Below, one piece after another: positions 53,110-64,000 of a stretch of DNA of 64,000 bases. The DNA lies in contig CACBPV010000001.1 in the NCBI GenBank assembly GCA_902541215.1, forward strand, positions 6,606-70,605, given 5' to 3'. The translations under genes and the position numbers were made by a program. The stretch's first letter is position 1; each line of letters starts with the position of its first letter. This stretch comes from an uncultured Alphaproteobacteria bacterium. Its GTDB lineage: Bacteria > Pseudomonadota > Alphaproteobacteria > HIMB59 > GCA-002718135. The notes beneath the pieces were generated by a model. That model made no database searches. It was not told where the DNA came from and saw nothing but the letters and a program-made list of their open reading frames with translations.

Positions 53110-53827
53110 AAAACTTAGCTACATAAATAAATGGAGTGTCAAGTAGAGCTATAAATATTCTAAGAAAATAAGTACCTAAAATATAAATCATTATGACATT
53201 ATACACGCTAACTGGTTCTGGATTTAATAAGATCCAAGCAAATATACTAAAGACAGTGTTATCAACCAAAGAGGAGGTAATTGTAGATAAATTATTTCTT
53301 AACCATAGGGAATTGCCTGATAAAGTTTGTTTCAAATAGTTAAAGAACCAAACATCAAAATATTGGCTTATTAAATATGCTATCATACTAGCTATAAAAA
53401 ATCTTGTCATAGGAGTAAATACATTTGATAAACTTTCTTGTACCCAATCAGCATCTGATGGTTGAAAACCAATAGTAATTACCATTAACAAAGTCATAAA
53501 TAAGAATGCACTGAAACCAATTAAAATATTCATTCTGGCTTTTTCCTTGCCATAATATTCAGATAAAATATCAGTACATAAAAATGTTGATGCAAAAAGA
53601 ATGGTTCCTAAAGCCACAGGCTCAGGTGAATAAAAAAAATCTACCGTTTTTAAAACTTGAATATTTCCTGCAATTACAGCTAGTGCAGAATAAATAAAAA
53701 TTCCTATATACCCAAATATCCTTAAAAAAATAAGTATAGAAAAAAAACTAAAAGACAACATTATAAACCACATTAGTTCAGTGCTAAGGGAATTAAATAT
53801 TGTTGTTAATTCAAAGAAAAATCCCAT
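53087..53827 (-). CDS. yhhQ: Queuosine-precursor transporter family protein (YhhQ/DUF165, VUT family)
   Basis: 246-aa polytopic membrane protein. It shows the DUF165-like pattern (TFLCTDILSEYYGKEKA ..., VDNTVFSIFAW). It sits directly upstream of tgt and overlaps it. Confidence 0.7.
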   Translation of the reverse strand: MGFFFELTTIFNSLSTELMWFIMLSFSFFSILIFLRIFGYIGIFIYSALAVIAGNIQVLKTVDFFYSPEPVALGTILFASTFLCTDILSEYYGKEKARMNILIGFSAFLFMTLLMVITIGFQPSDADWVQESLSNVFTPMTRFFIASMIAYLISQYFDVWFFNYLKQTLSGNSLWLRNNLSTITSSLVDNTVFSIFAWILLNPEPVSVYNVIMIYILGTYFLRIFIALLDTPFIYVAKFFVPKTNE

Positions 53828-53836
53828 TACAAAAAT

Positions 53837-54118
53837 TTAATTAGATTTTGAAAGAATTGTTTTTTTTAATTTTTTAGCTTTTAAGTGTAGTTTAGAATTC
53901 GGTGTATTGATAAGGAATTCATCTAATCCACCTTTTTTTTCTACTGTACGTATAGTACTAACTGCAACTTTAAGTTGAAATTTTTGTCCCAATGCTTCGC
54001 TAACAAAAGTAATGTTCTGAAGGTTTGGTTTAAAACGTCTTTTTGTTCTATTCTTAGCATGACTGACATTGTTACCAGTTTGGAACGATTTTCCAGTTAA
54101 TTCACATCTCATTGACAT
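53837..54118 (-). CDS. rpmB: 50S ribosomal protein L28
   Basis: 93 aa: MSMRCELTGKSFQTGNNVSHAKNRTKRRFKPNLQ.... Confidence 0.95.
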   Translation of the reverse strand: MSMRCELTGKSFQTGNNVSHAKNRTKRRFKPNLQNITFVSEALGQKFQLKVAVSTIRTVEKKGGLDEFLINTPNSKLHLKAKKLKKTILSKSN

Positions 54119-54161
54119 AATGAAATTGCATGTAAATATAAATATTACTTTGTCAAGTATT

Positions 54162-54998
54162 CTAAATACTAAATTTATCTATAATATAAGTAGGGTTTAT
54201 TTGATGATTTTTAATTAAATTATTTATTTGATTTAAATCTTTATGGATACCAGATTTTACTAAAACACTATCTATTTCAAAATTATTAGCACCTTGAATG
54301 TCATGAAACAATGAGTCTCCAATAGCTACTGTTCGTTTTTTTTCTAAATTAATTTGGTTTGTAGTTTTAATGTAAATGCTTACATCAGGCTTACCTTTTA
54401 TAATAACATTCCCACCCATTTTTTTATATATTTCAGCAATAGCACCCATACAGAAGACATTATTGTTACTATTATTTTCAACTGTTTCAAGGTCAGGGTT
54501 TGCACAATACATTGTTATTTCTTTTCTATAAGCTGCTTCTAGTAATGGGATGTAGTCTATTGGTTGTAACTTTTCAAAAGGAGTACAAGCTAAAATTAAA
54601 TCTGCTTCTTCTACTTTCTCTACAAAATTAAAATTTAAACCATCTCTAAAATCTAGACCATCCTCTTTTTGTTCATCATAAATATGAAAACAATTTTTTT
54701 TATTTTTATCATCAAAATATTTTTTATTAAGTAATTGCCAAATCATTTCTCCACTTGTCACTGTATTTAAAAAAAAATTTTTTTTAAAACCAAGTTTTGG
54801 TAATCTATCTATGGATGTTTTTGATCTTTTTGATGAATTTGAAATTATAAACAAATTTTTATTATTACTTTTGAGAATATTAATAGAATTAAAAGCATGA
54901 TCATATCCGAATGACCCATCATGCATTACACCCCATTGATCAATTATAAAATTATCATAATCATCTATAATTTCTTCAATAGATTTTATTTCTCTCAC
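54162..54998 (-). CDS. HAD-superfamily class IIA hydrolase (TIGR01459-like)
   Basis: 278 aa. It has the FIIDQWGVMHDG nucleophile motif, ISNSS, and a C-terminal GDSLFHDIQGA. Confidence 0.7.
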   Translation of the reverse strand: MREIKSIEEIIDDYDNFIIDQWGVMHDGSFGYDHAFNSINILKSNNKNLFIISNSSKRSKTSIDRLPKLGFKKNFFLNTVTSGEMIWQLLNKKYFDDKNKKNCFHIYDEQKEDGLDFRDGLNFNFVEKVEEADLILACTPFEKLQPIDYIPLLEAAYRKEITMYCANPDLETVENNSNNNVFCMGAIAEIYKKMGGNVIIKGKPDVSIYIKTTNQINLEKKRTVAIGDSLFHDIQGANNFEIDSVLVKSGIHKDLNQINNLIKNHQINPTYIIDKFSI

Positions 54999-55000
54999 TA

Positions 55001-56056
55001 TTATACTGATTTACCAATAACTTCAGATAAATTTTTATATCCATCAGTTTTAATTAGGTCAATCAAATCTCCCTTAATACTATTAATTAAATTCGGGCCA
55101 GAATAAACTAAAGCTGTATATAGTTGAACTAAAGAAGCACCAGATTTAATTTTTTCATAACAGTCGCTTCCACTTGATATACCACCCACTCCTATTAATG
55201 GTATTTGACCATTTGTTAGATCATACATTTTTTTTAAAATTATATTTGAATTATCATATAGAGGCTTACCACTTAAACCACCTTTTTTTCCTTTATTTAA
55301 AGAAATCAAACTACTATCTCTTTTGATAGTGCTATTTGTAAGTATTAGCCCATCTATGTTATTAGCCAAGGAAATTAAAGCTATATCTCTAAGTTGATCT
55401 TCATTCAAATCAGGTGAAATTTTAATTAATATTGGCTTGGTATTAATACTTTTTATTTCATCTCTTTTATCTATAATTTTTTTAATTAATTTTTCTATCT
55501 TTCCTCTTAATTGTAGATCTCTCAACCCTTCAGTATTTGGTGAAGATATATTTATAGTAATATAGCTTGCAAAATCGCCTAACTCTTCTAAACCGATTAG
55601 ATAATCATCAATAGCTTCACTTGAATTTTTATTTTTTCCAATATTAACTCCTACAATTTTATTATTTAAGTATGATTTTTGGTGTTTAATTAAATTTTTT
55701 TTTACTTTTTTTATACCCTTATTATTAAATCCTAAACTATTGATAATGGCTTTATCTTCACTTAATCTAAATACTCTAGGTTTAGTATTACCACTTTGAG
55801 GTTGTGGGGTAATTGTGCCAACTTCAAGAAATCCAAAACCAAATGAGAACATGGAATGCATCACTTCAGCATTTTTATCAAAACCGGCAGCGAGTCCTAT
55901 AGGATTTGCAAAATCTAAACCCATTAGATGTTGTGCAAGAATAGGATCCTCAATATTTTTTTGTCTTACTTTTAAATATTTTAAAAAATTAATTGTAATA
56001 GTATGAGATAACTCAGGAGGTAATAATCTTAATATTTTTAATGAACTATTGTACAA
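55001..56056 (-). CDS. pyrD: Dihydroorotate dehydrogenase (quinone), class 2
   Basis: 351 aa. It has NPIGLAAGFDKN, FLEVGTITP, INISSPNT and GGLSGKPL. Confidence 0.9.
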   Translation of the reverse strand: MYNSSLKILRLLPPELSHTITINFLKYLKVRQKNIEDPILAQHLMGLDFANPIGLAAGFDKNAEVMHSMFSFGFGFLEVGTITPQPQSGNTKPRVFRLSEDKAIINSLGFNNKGIKKVKKNLIKHQKSYLNNKIVGVNIGKNKNSSEAIDDYLIGLEELGDFASYITINISSPNTEGLRDLQLRGKIEKLIKKIIDKRDEIKSINTKPILIKISPDLNEDQLRDIALISLANNIDGLILTNSTIKRDSSLISLNKGKKGGLSGKPLYDNSNIILKKMYDLTNGQIPLIGVGGISSGSDCYEKIKSGASLVQLYTALVYSGPNLINSIKGDLIDLIKTDGYKNLSEVIGKSV

Positions 56057-56060
56057 TAAA

Positions 56061-57644
56061 TTAATTATCTATTAATTTTTTTAGATAATCAATAGTTTCT
56101 CTTAAACCAAATAATTTAAAAAATGATCCTAGTCTAGGGCCTTGATCCTGACCAAGCATAACTTGATATACTAGTTTAAAAAAATCTTTTAAGTTTTCAA
56201 ATTTGTGCTTTTTTCCTACTTCGTATAATAATGTTTGAATATCTTCAGATGAACTGTTTCCAGTAACATCTTTTTCTAAAACATTAATAATATCAATAAA
56301 TACTTCTTTATTACTACTATCAATCTCTAAAAATTTCTTTTTAGGTAAAATAAAATCTTCATAGAAATTTAGTGCAAAGTCTATGAGACGGTCAAATTCA
56401 GGACTATTTTCAGCATTAATTTTATCATCATATTTGTTAATAAAAGACCATATAACTTTTTTATCTTTAGAATTAGAAACATTAACTAGGTTAGTTAGGG
56501 TATTAAAATTTATTTCTGATTTAAATTCTTTTGGTTTTCCTGAATGAATATGCCAAATAGGATTATCATACTGTTTATTTTTATCTAAACTTGAGTATGA
56601 ATTATAATGAGAAAGATAATCATCTACAGTTTTAGGAATAACGTCAAAGTGAAGTTTCTTTGCTGATTTTGGTTTTTGGAACATATAGAGTGCGAGACTT
56701 TCAGGAGATGCATAACGCAGCCATTCATCCACACTAATACCATTTCCAACTGATTTAGAAATTTTTTCACCTTTTTCATCTAAAAACATTTCATAAATTA
56801 GATTAGTTGGTGGTTTTTTATTTAATGCTTTACAAATCTTGGATCCTAAATCAACACTTTCTGTAAGATCTTTCCCACACATTTCGTAGTCAACATCAAA
56901 CGACATCCATCTCATTGCCCAATCAACTTTCCATTGTAACTTACATTTTCCATTAATTACTTCTGTTTCAACTAACTTGTCTAAAGATGGATCTTTGTAA
57001 ATAATTGTTTTTGAATCCATTTTATATTCTTCAATTTTTACCTGAAGTACCTCACCTGAATTTTCACTTATTGGGAGAAATGGACTGTAAGTTTCTTTTC
57101 TCTCTGCTCTTAGGGTAGGTAGAATAATATCTAATATTTTTGAATAGTTTTCAAATATACTTAATATTGTTTCATTAAAATCTCCATTTTGATATTTTTC
57201 TGTTGAGCTAACAAACTCATAGTCAAAATTAAATTCATCTAAAAAACTTCTAAGTTTTGCATTATTATGATGTCCAAAACTTTCAAATTTATCAAATGGA
57301 TCTGGTATGGAAGTAAGTGGCTTGCCTATAAATTTTTCTAACATTTCTTTATTTGGAACGTTTTCAGGAACTTTTCTTAATCCATCCATATCATCAGAAA
57401 ATGTGATCAGTTTTGTTGGGCAATCAATTATATAGCTAAATGCATTTTTTACCATTGATGTTCTTACAACTTCACCAAAAGTTCCAATATGAGGTAAACC
57501 AGAGGGGCCATAACCAGTTTCTAGTAATACATATCCCTTAGATGGAATTTTAAAATTTTGCAAACCACCATTTTTTTTAATGATTTGTAGTGCTTCTTTA
57601 AAAGGCCAAGCTTTTAAGGATTGTAATAATTCTTGATCAATCAT
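56061..57644 (-). CDS. lysK: Lysine--tRNA ligase, class I
   Basis: 527 aa. It has the HIGH-type motif PSGLPHIGTFGE and the KMSKS-type motif GEKISKSVGNG. The length and architecture match class I LysRS as found in alphaproteobacteria. Confidence 0.9.
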   Translation of the reverse strand: MIDQELLQSLKAWPFKEALQIIKKNGGLQNFKIPSKGYVLLETGYGPSGLPHIGTFGEVVRTSMVKNAFSYIIDCPTKLITFSDDMDGLRKVPENVPNKEMLEKFIGKPLTSIPDPFDKFESFGHHNNAKLRSFLDEFNFDYEFVSSTEKYQNGDFNETILSIFENYSKILDIILPTLRAERKETYSPFLPISENSGEVLQVKIEEYKMDSKTIIYKDPSLDKLVETEVINGKCKLQWKVDWAMRWMSFDVDYEMCGKDLTESVDLGSKICKALNKKPPTNLIYEMFLDEKGEKISKSVGNGISVDEWLRYASPESLALYMFQKPKSAKKLHFDVIPKTVDDYLSHYNSYSSLDKNKQYDNPIWHIHSGKPKEFKSEINFNTLTNLVNVSNSKDKKVIWSFINKYDDKINAENSPEFDRLIDFALNFYEDFILPKKKFLEIDSSNKEVFIDIINVLEKDVTGNSSSEDIQTLLYEVGKKHKFENLKDFFKLVYQVMLGQDQGPRLGSFFKLFGLRETIDYLKKLIDN

Positions 57645-58098
57645 TTAATTTTGCTCTAATTCTAATTTTTTTACCCAATAACAACTTTAATGAATTTGTG
57701 AAATTAAAAATTTCAGATCCTAATTTATCAAATAATTCATTTTCTAACTCTACAATATTATCAATAACATTATTAATTAAATCATTCCCTGTATCACTTA
57801 GAATTAAACTATCAGATCTTTTATCTTGTGGTTGCTGTTTTAGTATTAACTTTTTTTCTTCTAAATTAGACACACGTAAACTAACAACTGATCTGTCAAT
57901 AGATGAATTTATGCATATTTCCTTTTGAGTAATATTTGTGTTTTTTTGTTGTAATAAATAAATTGTTTCTAGAATAAGATATTCGTTTAATGTGATTTCA
58001 CTCTCTTTTAATTTTTTTCTTACTTTAGATTGCCATAAGTTTGATGTTTGCCAAATTAACAATGCTAATCTATTCTCATTAAGAGAAGTGTCTGCCAT
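57637..58098 (-). CDS. MarR family transcriptional regulator
   Basis: 153 aa. The winged-helix pattern reads LIWQTSNLWQSKVRKKLKESEITLNEYLILETI...QKEI.....DRS.VS. It overlaps the lysK start by 8 nt. Confidence 0.8.
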   Translation of the reverse strand: MADTSLNENRLALLIWQTSNLWQSKVRKKLKESEITLNEYLILETIYLLQQKNTNITQKEICINSSIDRSVVSLRVSNLEEKKLILKQQPQDKRSDSLILSDTGNDLINNVIDNIVELENELFDKLGSEIFNFTNSLKLLLGKKIRIRAKLND

Positions 58099-58104
58099 AG
58101 TTTT

Positions 58105-58144
58105 TATACAAACTGTTTGTATACAAATTAATGATTTATGTCAA
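58105..58144 (-). promoter_or_regulatory. Promoter candidate with an overlapping 19-bp palindromic operator candidate in front of marR
   Basis: On the minus strand, TTGACA (58144-58139) is followed by a 17-nt spacer and TACAAA. The perfect palindrome TATACAAAC-N-GTTTGTATA (58105-58123) covers the -10 and ends 6 nt before the marR ATG. MarR dimers classically bind such sites in their own promoters. Confidence 0.45.
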
Positions 58145-58146
58145 TA

Positions 58147-58457
58147 CTATTCTGGTGCAATTTCTATCTCTAAACCATCAAGCTCTTCAGAAAGATCAAT
58201 TTGACAGGATAATCTAGAATTATTTTTAACATCAAAAGCTTGATCCAGCATAGATTCTTCATCATCATCTATTTTTTTTAGTTTATTTGTCCATTTTTCA
58301 TTAATATAAACATGACAGGTTGCACAAGCACAACATCCTCCACAGGAAGCTTCAATATCATAGCCATTGTCTCTTAGGGTTTCCATTAATGTAAAATTAC
58401 TATCATACTCAATTTCAGACTTTTTACCTGATCTATCTGTGATTATTAACTTTGGCA

Positions 58458-58458
<1 letters not shown>
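58147..58458 (-). CDS. [2Fe-2S] ferredoxin, adrenodoxin/putidaredoxin type
   Basis: 103 aa. The cysteine pattern is CGGCCACATCHV ... SRLSCQ. Confidence 0.9.
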
Positions 58459-60569
<2,111 letters not shown>

Positions 60570-60577
<8 letters not shown>

Positions 60578-61295
60578 CAAAAATATATTTGTCTTTGGGG
60601 GAACGGGTTCTATTGGAAAATCATTATCAAAAAAACTGAAGAGCAATAACTATGATCCTATAATTGTTTCTAGAAATGAGACAGAATTAAAACAATTATC
60701 TGAGGAAATTGGTTGCGAATATAAAGTTTGTGATGTTTTAGATTTTGATAAAGTTAAAAGTATTTCGGAAGAATATAAAGATCGATTATGTGGTATTGCT
60801 TTTTGCGTCGGATCTATAAATTTAAAACCTCTCAAAATGACTAAAGATGAGGATTTTATTGATTCTTTTAAAATAAATACACTTAGTGCTGTAAATGCAA
60901 TTAAGTTAAATCAAGAAGCTCTAACTAAAAATAATGGTAGTATTCTACTTTATTCAACTATTGCTGTTAAACAAGGCTTTACTAATCACACAATAGTCTC
61001 GACAGCAAAAGGTGCTATTGAAGGGCTTACTTTGAGCTTAGCTGCAGAATTTGCTCCAAAAATTAAAGTAAATTGTATAGCGCCAAGTTTAACTGACGCA
61101 AAAATGACACAAAAGTTACTTAATAATGAAACTATCAAGAAAGCAATTGAAAATATGCATCCTCTACCTAAAATTGGATCTGGCGATGATTTCTCTGACA
61201 TAGGGAGTTTTCTATTAAGTGATAAAAATAGTTGGATTACTGGACAAATATTTCATATAGATGGAGGAAGATCATCATTAAGAATTAAATCGTGA
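60570..61295 (+). CDS. Short-chain dehydrogenase/reductase family protein, atypical (catalytic Tyr not evident)
   Basis: 241 aa. The cofactor motif is FGGTGSIGKSL. Where YxxxK is expected the sequence reads VSTAK. It overlaps ctaA by 8 nt. Confidence 0.7.
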
Positions 61296-61975
61296 AATAT
61301 ATCTATATAATTTGTTTATCTCTTTTTTCTTTTAGCGTTTTTAGTGAGCCATTTCCAATACCTGATGATAAAGAAGTTAGCTATGATGTTATTAGAAAAA
61401 AGAAAAATATAGGGAGCTTAATATCAAAATTTGAAGAAAATGAAGATAGTGTAATTATGCATTCAGTCTTAAAGATAAACGTTAAAGTTTTATTTATTCC
61501 AGCATACAAATTTTTTCAAGAAACAAAAGAAACTTGGACAAATGGTGAATTTGTATCAATAGATGGATTTACAGACTTTGAAGACGATCGAGAGTATAAA
61601 ATAATTGGCAATGATGAAGGCAATTTTTTTATTGCTAGTGGTATGGATGGAGAATTAAAATTAAATAAAAATATAGTACCATTAAATTATTGGAATATCG
61701 AAATGTTAAATGAAAAAGAAGTATTTGATACTCAAAAAGGTATTGTAAGAACAATAGAAGTAAAGCAACTTAAAGATGAAAAAATAAAAATCAATGAAAT
61801 TGAAATATTAGCTAACAAGTATGTTTTTAATGCATCAAAAAATCCAAAAGATAAAGGTCCGTTCCCAGAATATACACTTTGGTATTTTGAAAAAGAGCTC
61901 ATGAAAATGGAATTCAAAAACCCAAATGATAAAAAAAATATTATAACAATAATTCGTAATGATTGGGGTCAATAA
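61292..61975 (+). CDS. Hypothetical secreted protein
   Basis: 227 aa with a GTG start overlapping the SDR stop. The signal peptide is MKYIYIICLSLFSFSVFS. It has a beta-rich-looking alternating pattern and no confident family. Confidence 0.5.
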   Translation: MKYIYIICLSLFSFSVFSEPFPIPDDKEVSYDVIRKKKNIGSLISKFEENEDSVIMHSVLKINVKVLFIPAYKFFQETKETWTNGEFVSIDGFTDFEDDREYKIIGNDEGNFFIASGMDGELKLNKNIVPLNYWNIEMLNEKEVFDTQKGIVRTIEVKQLKDEKIKINEIEILANKYVFNASKNPKDKGPFPEYTLWYFEKELMKMEFKNPNDKKNIITIIRNDWGQ

Positions 61976-62734
61976 TTGCAAACTATTTGGATAACTGGTG
62001 GATCTTCTGGAATTGGTTTTGCTGTTGCACAAAAATTTTTAGAAGAAAATTGGAGGGTTATAATTTCTTCAAGAAATGAAGACAAATTAAAAAAAGCCGT
62101 AGAAAAATTAAAAAATATAACAAGTAATAAAGAAATCTACTATAAGTCTTGTGATGTAAGTAAGTATAAAGAAGTTGATAGTACGATTGCCCATATAGAA
62201 AACGAAATATCAACAATTAATATTGCTCTTCTAAATGCAACTGCTTACTCACCCAACAGGAATCAAGAATTTGATATAAATAATTACAAATTATTAATAG
62301 ATGTTAATTTAAACGGAACAATAAATTGCATAGATGTTTTGAAAAATTATATGAAGGGTAGAGATAATTTAATATCTATAGTTTCTTCGCCAGTTGGATA
62401 CAGAGGGATGCCAACAGCAGGTGCTTATGGTATGACCAAAGCAGCACAACTAAATTTGGTAGAAAGTTTATATTTTGATTTTAAAAAATTAAATATAAAA
62501 ATTTCAGTCATTAACCCAGGTTTCATAGATACTGAGTCAACAAAATTAAATTCTTTTAAAATGCCTTTTTTAAAACCTGCAAGTTATGCTGCGAAAAAAA
62601 TTTTTAAAGGATTAACTGGTAAATACAAATTTGAAATATATTTTCCTTTTATATTGGTGTTTACAGTAAAAATAATGAGATATTTACCTTTAAGAATTTA
62701 TGCATTTATTTGGAAAAAATTAGGAAATTTTTAG
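61976..62734 (+). CDS. Short-chain dehydrogenase/reductase (classical) with a hydrophobic C-terminal tail
   Basis: 252 aa with an apparent TTG start directly after the previous stop. It has TGGSSGIGFAVA, a NAT (NNAG-like) motif, and YGMTK (YxxxK). Confidence 0.75.
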   Translation: MQTIWITGGSSGIGFAVAQKFLEENWRVIISSRNEDKLKKAVEKLKNITSNKEIYYKSCDVSKYKEVDSTIAHIENEISTINIALLNATAYSPNRNQEFDINNYKLLIDVNLNGTINCIDVLKNYMKGRDNLISIVSSPVGYRGMPTAGAYGMTKAAQLNLVESLYFDFKKLNIKISVINPGFIDTESTKLNSFKMPFLKPASYAAKKIFKGLTGKYKFEIYFPFILVFTVKIMRYLPLRIYAFIWKKLGNF

Positions 62735-63816
62735 TTTGTTTCACCAATATAAATTCCAAGACCTTCAGCTACTTTAATTAAAGGATCATTTATTTGAACA
62801 GTTTTAGAATACCCAGCAACTTGACTAAGCATTAAATCTTGTACCCCTCTGTCTTTCCATACAACTACTCTATTAAATTTTTTCTTCGCAATTAAATCAA
62901 CAGCATAAACTCCAAAGGCACTTGCAATTAAACGATCTCTATGAGTTGGTTGAGCACCTCTTTGAACGTGCCCAAGAACTGTAACTCTTGTTTCAGAGTC
63001 TGTTATTTTATAGATTTCATCACCGAGATAATTTCCTATCCCTCCAAGGCGCACCTCTCCATCAACATATTTCACTGTAGCTTTTTTACCGTTTTCTTTT
63101 TTAACAGCTTCTGCAACAACAATTAATGCATGATTTCTTCCTTTAGACCTAAGTTTTTCAATATGATCAGCTATTGATTTTATTGAATATCGAATCTCAG
63201 GAATCAAAATAACATCTGCTCCTCCAGCAATACCAGCATTCAAAGCAATGTGGCCTGCATCTCTACCCATTACTTCTAAAATCATTACTCTTCTGTGGCT
63301 TGCTGCTGTTGGTTGAAGCATATCTAAAGCATTTGTTGCTACGTCGACTGCAGTATCATATCCTATAGATAGTTCATTATGCTTTACATCATTATCAATA
63401 GTCTTTGGAATGCCTACAAAATTTATATTTCCTTTTTTTGTAATACTTTGAAGAATTTTTAAACTTCCATCTCCACCAATACCTATTAGTGCATCTATTC
63501 CTAATTGTTTAAAACCTTCTATAACTAATTCAGATGAGTCTATTTTTTTTCCATTCCTTATAATTTTTTTAAAAGGGTTGCCTTTGTTATTTGATCCCAA
63601 GAAAGTTCCACCCATTCTCATTAGGCTACCCTCAAAATTTTGAGGATCTAATTTTATAACATCCAGTGGTTCTTTCAATAATCCAAGTGTTCCATCCTTA
63701 ATTCCATAAACTTCCCAATTGTATTTATTATGTGCTCTTAATGTAACAGCTCTAATTACTGCATTTAAACCTGCACAATCTCCACCGCTTGTTAAAATTG
63801 CTATTTTTTTTATCAC
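62731..63816 (-). CDS. pfk: 6-phosphofructokinase (PFK family; phosphoryl donor ambiguous)
   Basis: 361 aa. It has ILTSGGDCAGLNAVIR, IGGDGSL, PKTIDND and MGRDAGHIAL. Confidence 0.85.
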   Translation of the reverse strand: MIKKIAILTSGGDCAGLNAVIRAVTLRAHNKYNWEVYGIKDGTLGLLKEPLDVIKLDPQNFEGSLMRMGGTFLGSNNKGNPFKKIIRNGKKIDSSELVIEGFKQLGIDALIGIGGDGSLKILQSITKKGNINFVGIPKTIDNDVKHNELSIGYDTAVDVATNALDMLQPTAASHRRVMILEVMGRDAGHIALNAGIAGGADVILIPEIRYSIKSIADHIEKLRSKGRNHALIVVAEAVKKENGKKATVKYVDGEVRLGGIGNYLGDEIYKITDSETRVTVLGHVQRGAQPTHRDRLIASAFGVYAVDLIAKKKFNRVVVWKDRGVQDLMLSQVAGYSKTVQINDPLIKVAEGLGIYIGETN

Positions 63817-63860
63817 AGGGCGTTTATATACTATTATTATATTTTTACTTATTTATTTTC

Positions 63861-64000
63861 ATGGATGACATAAACAAACTTATAGAAATTTTAAAAAATT
63901 TTGAACAAGAACATAGGGATCTTGATGAAATACTTATTAGGCTTCAAGAAAAGAATACTGTAGATTTTTTACAAATTCAAAGGTTAAAAAAAAGAAAATT
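63861..64000 (+). CDS. DUF465 (YdcH-like) family protein, 3' end beyond the window
   Basis: Hand translation from the ATG at 63861 gives MDDINKLIEILKNFEQEHRDLDEILIRLQEKNTVDFLQIQRLKKRK.... The H-R-D-L-D and RLKKRKL pattern is typical of DUF465. Confidence 0.6.
   Translation, partial: MDDINKLIEILKNFEQEHRDLDEILIRLQEKNTVDFLQIQRLKKRK

Overview
This window reads as a very AT-rich, extremely compact alphaproteobacterial chromosome segment. I infer a SAR11/Pelagibacterales-like streamlined genome. The grounds are composition, spacers mostly under 100 nt, pervasive 1-23 nt gene overlaps, and alphaproteobacterial markers (class I LysRS, COX15-type CtaA, CobS/CobT, ELM1-like, DUF4167, DUF1178). I call 64 CDS. 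Two are partial at the window edges. Two fall below the ORF-track size cut-off: rpmJ and a 42-codon membrane ORF. I also call one tRNA-Val(GAC), one intercistronic hairpin and two promoter/operator candidates. I saw no rRNA, CRISPR, transposase, integrase or phage genes. Most of the window is housekeeping: yqeY-dnaG-rpoD, carAB, greA, trxB, guaC, ispA, lysC-rodZ-ispG-hisS-prfA-prmC, ubiG, argJ, secA, accA, aroKB, bolA/J-domain/cobS/cobT, tgt, rpmB, pyrD, lysK, fdx/fnr, ctaA and pfk. The only clearly accessory block is 1-10066, and it is my best candidate for an undescribed system. It is an eight-gene divergon with a peptide/opine-family ABC importer (683-aa SBP, two permeases, fused double ATPase), two GH4 NAD-dependent glycosidases, a PhyH-type Fe/2OG dioxygenase and a PanB-fold protein that appears to lack the canonical catalytic motifs. 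Other items worth a second look:
- A ferredoxin/ferredoxin-reductase pair divergent from heme A synthase.
- A 19-bp perfect palindrome overlapping a promoter in front of marR-lysK.
- An 80-residue poly-lysine N-terminus on RpoD.
- A tRNA-Val that seems to carry C33.
- The overlapping J-domain-cobS-cobT genes, with bolA divergent just upstream.
- A small ORF chained by ATGA overlaps to a 586-aa secreted orphan and accA.
- Recurrent overlapping stop codons at convergent gene ends.
All functional calls rest on motif and family recognition by eye. No database search was run.
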